From an uncultured Candidatus Saccharibacteria bacterium (lineage in GTDB: Bacteria; Patescibacteriota; Minisyncoccia; Phycocordibacterales; CAIZLB01): a stretch of 64,000 bases of DNA. This document shows, one piece after another, positions 59,850 through 64,000 of the stretch. The stretch lies in contig CAZVIP010000001.1 in NCBI GenBank assembly GCA_964627085.1, forward strand, positions 3,654-67,653, written 5' to 3'. The translations under genes were made by a program, and so were the position numbers. Under the pieces are notes generated by a model, which was not told the DNA's origin, searched no databases, and saw only the letters and a program-made list of their open reading frames with translations. Each line of letters starts with the position of its first letter. Positions within the stretch are counted from its first letter, which is position 1.

Positions 59850-60872
59850 ATGGATAACGAGCTCAACAAAAAGGAAGAAAATAACATCAATGATCCACGA
59901 GGAGGAAACCTCAGTCCTTTTGCCGTGAAGCCTACTGTCAAAATCACAGACGCACTTGATCAGGTAGCAAAGCGTGAATCCAGCACAAACACCGTCAAGA
60001 CTTTTCAGTCTGATATTTCAAGCACTGTCAAAACAGACAATGTTTCGATGATTAAAATCGCCCTTGCTGAAAAAGAACGCCGAGAAAAAAGCGGAAATCT
60101 ACTTGATGTATCTAGCCCAAAAAAATCATACAAAGGACTATTGGTAGTTATTTTCACACTCGTAGTGCTTGCAGGTGCCGTTGGTTTTGTTTATTTCTAC
60201 TTCAATAAACCACCAGCACCCACACTAAAAGAAACAATAGCACCCAAAGAACCTGAGTTAGTATATTCTGAGAATCAGGTGGCAATTGACGTAACAAGCA
60301 AAGCACCCGCAACAATACTCCAGGAAATCAAAACAGTTTCTTTGGCAAAATTTGATCTCGGCACAATTCAACGTGTATTTCTGACAACACAAAATGCATC
60401 AGGTACAAGACAGAGTATTACTTCATCAGAACTATTTTCAAAACTAAAAAGTAGAGCACCGGAGAGCCTGATCCGTTCAATCGAACCGTATTTCATCATC
60501 GGTGCATACTCATTTACACCACATGATTCTTTTGTGCTTTTCAAAGTAAAATCATATGACAGTGCCTATGCAAGCATGCTGCAGTGGGAACCATACATGG
60601 AGACAGATATTGGAAATATGTTTATCTATGAAAGCCTGACACCAACCGAAAACAACCAAGCCTCAACAACAATAACCACAATAGACAGAGTGGCTGGTGT
60701 TTTCAAAGATAAAATACTACAAAACAAAGATACAAGAGCTCTTATACTTCCAGATGGTTCAACTAAATTCCTGTATACTTTTTTGGACAAACAAACACTA
60801 TTGATTGTGTCTAGCGAAAAAGGACTCAAAGAAATCATCTTTCGAACAACTTCAGGTAGAATCATTCGCTAG
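59850..60872 (+). CDS. Single-pass membrane hypothetical protein
   Basis: One TM near residue 100; F.D.I..NKD.R-type C-terminus. Confidence 0.7.
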   Translation: MDNELNKKEENNINDPRGGNLSPFAVKPTVKITDALDQVAKRESSTNTVKTFQSDISSTVKTDNVSMIKIALAEKERREKSGNLLDVSSPKKSYKGLLVVIFTLVVLAGAVGFVYFYFNKPPAPTLKETIAPKEPELVYSENQVAIDVTSKAPATILQEIKTVSLAKFDLGTIQRVFLTTQNASGTRQSITSSELFSKLKSRAPESLIRSIEPYFIIGAYSFTPHDSFVLFKVKSYDSAYASMLQWEPYMETDIGNMFIYESLTPTENNQASTTITTIDRVAGVFKDKILQNKDTRALILPDGSTKFLYTFLDKQTLLIVSSEKGLKEIIFRTTSGRIIR

Positions 60873-60948
60873 GTGAGGTTTCCACAGTATAAGGATATTT
60901 GATTTAAATTTTGCATATATTTAATATGTCTCGGTTTATAGTTGACCC

Positions 60949-62550
60949 ATGGTCAAAATAGCCAAAATAAAATCAATCTGCTTACAAAAAAACTCTATAA
61001 AAATAATCGATATTGAGACTGATATCAGTAGGGGATTATTCTATTACAGCATCAGCGGAAACATAGACAAATCAATATCTGAATCAAAACAACGAATACT
61101 TGCCGCACTCAAGAATAGTAACTTTGATCTACCGTCGAGAAAGAATTATAAAGTCACGACCTCTTTACTCCCAAATAATTTCCCAAAAACAAACTACGGT
61201 ACAGAATTGGGAATAGTTTTATCGTACCTCTTGGCAACCGGTCAAATACATATCCCAAAAGCTGAGAGCTATCTATGCATTGGAAACATAAGCGTTGATG
61301 GGGGTATATACTTCGAAACGACAAAACTTGTCCACGCGATATCATATGCACACTCTTTGGGGTATTCACACTTTGTTATACCGAAACTTCAAGGTGAGGC
61401 AAACAATACCTTGGTAAATTATATTAATACATTCAATAATATTTCATACATACAAGCTGAAAAGATATCAAATCTAAAAGACATCAATATAAATCAGACT
61501 AGCACTACAAAAAACACTCCATATACAACTCTCGAAATTTCTACAGCTGTCGAGGGTCAAACTGAACAAAACATAAATAAGCGATATCTCTTCGACACAA
61601 TCACTGGTCTTAAATATCAAAAACGTGCGCTCATCATTGCAGCAGCAGGAAATCACCCTTTGCTATATGCAGGCGTACCAGGTACAGGCAAGAGCACACT
61701 GGCATCGGCATGTATAGAATTACTAGACAATATTTCGCTATCTGAAATTGACGCAAATACACCAACTAAACACACAGAAAACATTTTCAAAAGAAACTCA
61801 ATGGTTATTGGGCCAGAGACCTCAATTATTAAAACAATGGGCCGGCAGGATGACTTGGAAAACTCACCTAGACAAGGAACGATAATAATCAATGAGCTAT
61901 GTGAATTTAGCAAAAAAGAAATTGAATCACTTCGTATATTCCTTGAGAATAATAATATTTACAATGATCAAATACACAAAGGGAAAATTCATAGCACATT
62001 AATTATAGCAACAACAAATAATTGTCCTTGTGGCCGCAATAGTAAAGAAAATAATAAAAATACCCAAACGGAAATAACTTGGCAAAAGCAAGACAACTCA
62101 TGCGTGTGCACCAAGAATAGAATTGAACAATATCAAAACAGATTATCAGAATCTGTTTTGGACAGGTTTCCGCTTGTTTGCAACTTTGTTTATGAAAGAA
62201 ATCACAGCACCGATGATGTTGAAAATCAAAAAGCGCAAATTAATAAAACACCTCAAGAAACAGCACTTTTTATCCACAAAAAGATAGCTGCCGCCAGGAT
62301 AATCCAGAGGAAGAGATCCCATAAATACAACCAAGAATTAACAGTTGCCGAAATATACACCCTTGGCATAACCGAACAAGGTCAAACCGAACTAAAAAAG
62401 ATTACCGACCTATTTGCATTCTCAAAAAGGAAAATACTACACACACTCCGTGTCGCAAGAACAATCGCAGACATCGAGCAAAAAACACACATAGAAAAGA
62501 CGCATATCCTTGAGGCGATTAGCCATGTCAAAGTAAGAGCCTTTAACTAA
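60949..62550 (+). CDS. comM: YifB/ComM Mg-chelatase-like AAA+ ATPase, divergent
   Basis: ESKQRI.AAL, A.IIAAAGNH, GVPGTGKS, N.CPCG, LS..VLDRF, LRVARTIAD, HILEA. Confidence 0.85.
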   Translation: MVKIAKIKSICLQKNSIKIIDIETDISRGLFYYSISGNIDKSISESKQRILAALKNSNFDLPSRKNYKVTTSLLPNNFPKTNYGTELGIVLSYLLATGQIHIPKAESYLCIGNISVDGGIYFETTKLVHAISYAHSLGYSHFVIPKLQGEANNTLVNYINTFNNISYIQAEKISNLKDININQTSTTKNTPYTTLEISTAVEGQTEQNINKRYLFDTITGLKYQKRALIIAAAGNHPLLYAGVPGTGKSTLASACIELLDNISLSEIDANTPTKHTENIFKRNSMVIGPETSIIKTMGRQDDLENSPRQGTIIINELCEFSKKEIESLRIFLENNNIYNDQIHKGKIHSTLIIATTNNCPCGRNSKENNKNTQTEITWQKQDNSCVCTKNRIEQYQNRLSESVLDRFPLVCNFVYERNHSTDDVENQKAQINKTPQETALFIHKKIAAARIIQRKRSHKYNQELTVAEIYTLGITEQGQTELKKITDLFAFSKRKILHTLRVARTIADIEQKTHIEKTHILEAISHVKVRAFN

Positions 62551-62579
62551 CATAAACCAAGAAATCAAATACGAACTGA

Positions 62580-63719
62580 CTAGAAAGGATTCTTACTTCC
62601 TCGGACTTCGAAGTGCAGGTGTACACCAGTAGACTGACCAGTATTACCCATCTTTCCAATTTTCTGACCCTTGGAAACTGTCTCACCTTCGGTAACCAAA
62701 GTTTCATTAAGGTGACCATAGAGCGTCTGAGCCCCATTCGGATGCTTAATTACCACATATGTACCATACCCACCATTCCATCCACCCGAACGACTAATGA
62801 CTACAGTACCTGCGGCAGCAGCAAGAATCGGTGTATTGAGAGGTGCTGCAAGGTCAACACCGTTGTGTCCATGGATACCCTGTGTTCGAATCGCGCCAAT
62901 CACTGGCTTCGTCAACCATGATGAACCCGAACTATTCTTTGCATCAGCAACTGTTTTTTTCTTTTTTGCAATCTTTGCCTTATCTTCTTTTGCTTTTACA
63001 TCTGCACCACCAGCCTCATGTCCTGGACCGACAACACTATCAGCGTCTGGGATAATAATAGTCGTACCAACAGCAAGAACCGTTCCACTATCCACATCAT
63101 TGAAATTAGCAGTTTCCTTGGCATCGGCACCGTATTGTTTAGCGATTTTGGCAATAGTATCACCCTTTTTCGCAATATACTTCACACCAGCTACAGGTAA
63201 GATAACAAGAACTTGGTTTGGGCGTATAACCTCTTTTGACCCAAGGTCATTAGCGATTCTGATAGTATTCGTTGTTACATCGAACATACCCGCAATTTGC
63301 TCAATTGTATCGCCACTTCGTACGGTATACAAACTAATCTGATCTGAAATAGGTCGAAAATCTGCGTTTGCAACAGCACTACCACTCGGACCAACATTTT
63401 CATTACTGATCGCAGTATTATCTACAATTACGATAGGGTTAACCACTGAAACCTGCGGATCGATATTCTTTGGTGCCTGGAGAAGAGGTAAGGTCTGCAT
63501 ATTCCTCGGTAAATCTATCTCATCAATCTTTGCCCGACTCTCATTTAAACCAAAAATAGAACCGAGGACGAAACGCTTTTCTGTTGAATTTATACCCTTT
63601 TTCTCAATAATACCCATATCCGCAAAGGCAGATGATGCAAACAAAACAGCAAAACCTAGCACGAACACAGTCGCAGCAGCTGGAAGGCGTATTAAAAACG
63701 GCTTCAAATTTGTCACCAC
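62580..63719 (-). CDS. LysM + M23 peptidoglycan DD-endopeptidase
   Basis: Two LysM units (YTVRSGDT, KKGDTI); HNGVD, YGH, STGVHLHFEV. Confidence 0.93.
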   Translation of the reverse strand: MVTNLKPFLIRLPAAATVFVLGFAVLFASSAFADMGIIEKKGINSTEKRFVLGSIFGLNESRAKIDEIDLPRNMQTLPLLQAPKNIDPQVSVVNPIVIVDNTAISNENVGPSGSAVANADFRPISDQISLYTVRSGDTIEQIAGMFDVTTNTIRIANDLGSKEVIRPNQVLVILPVAGVKYIAKKGDTIAKIAKQYGADAKETANFNDVDSGTVLAVGTTIIIPDADSVVGPGHEAGGADVKAKEDKAKIAKKKKTVADAKNSSGSSWLTKPVIGAIRTQGIHGHNGVDLAAPLNTPILAAAAGTVVISRSGGWNGGYGTYVVIKHPNGAQTLYGHLNETLVTEGETVSKGQKIGKMGNTGQSTGVHLHFEVRGSKNPF

Positions 63720-64000
63720 GAGCTCCTTTTTGGTAGGAACCCTCGGGTCATGAGGGGGGATTAAAATAAGTTTCGAATTTAGTTTATATGTAACACATTT
63801 TCGATGCCAACCAATACGGTATTTTGACAGATTTTAGCTAAACACTTTGATATCCTCCACAATTTATTGTTAGATAATTATGTAGAAAGAGTAGCAAAAT
63901 CCAGAAAAAAGCCTTATTTATAGGCATTTACACTTATGTTTCATAGTGTTCCTTAATTCTAAGGCATATGGGCAGGGTGTCAACCACTGATATGGAGATA

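Noticed and set aside
1-64000. Alternative genetic code (UGA=Gly) and the many antisense shadow ORFs in the track
   Set aside because: Conserved genes translate full-length in code 11. Shadow ORFs (e.g. 29476..30072, 17781..18284, 62797..63342) lie opposite well-supported genes.

Overview
64-kb window from a reduced bacterial genome that looks like Patescibacteria/CPR, probably Parcubacteria. This is an inference from gene content, divergent r-proteins, many leaderless-type promoters, an expanded TrmB family and standard code 11. The left third holds a fragmented str/S10 cluster (rpsL-rpsG-[TPR + Cys-rich secreted insert]-fusA-tuf-rpsJ-rplC-rplD-rplW-rplB, terminated after rplB), then rpmB, a split ComEC with SOD between the halves, rnhA, recJ, HIT, pgk, tpiA, a type IV pilus cluster, nusA, ppaC and tig. 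Between 32.2 and 51.0 kb lies the most unusual feature: six TrmB-family (wHTH + PLD-like sensor) regulators, each head-to-head with a different cargo gene. Most modules are terminator-bounded, with operator-like palindromes, shared promoter/leader motifs and boxA-like elements. Cargo includes an SF2 helicase with six ~57-aa tandem repeats, and two distant paralogs with a possible C-type-lectin-like fold. A highly structured, switch-like non-coding region sits among the modules. The right end has four tRNAs, CCA-adding enzyme, xth, an Xer recombinase, rpsO, NYN, divergent YraN and ComM, and a LysM-M23 peptidase. parS-like sites and DnaA boxes there suggest proximity to oriC. No CRISPR array, rRNA, transposase or reverse transcriptase was seen.
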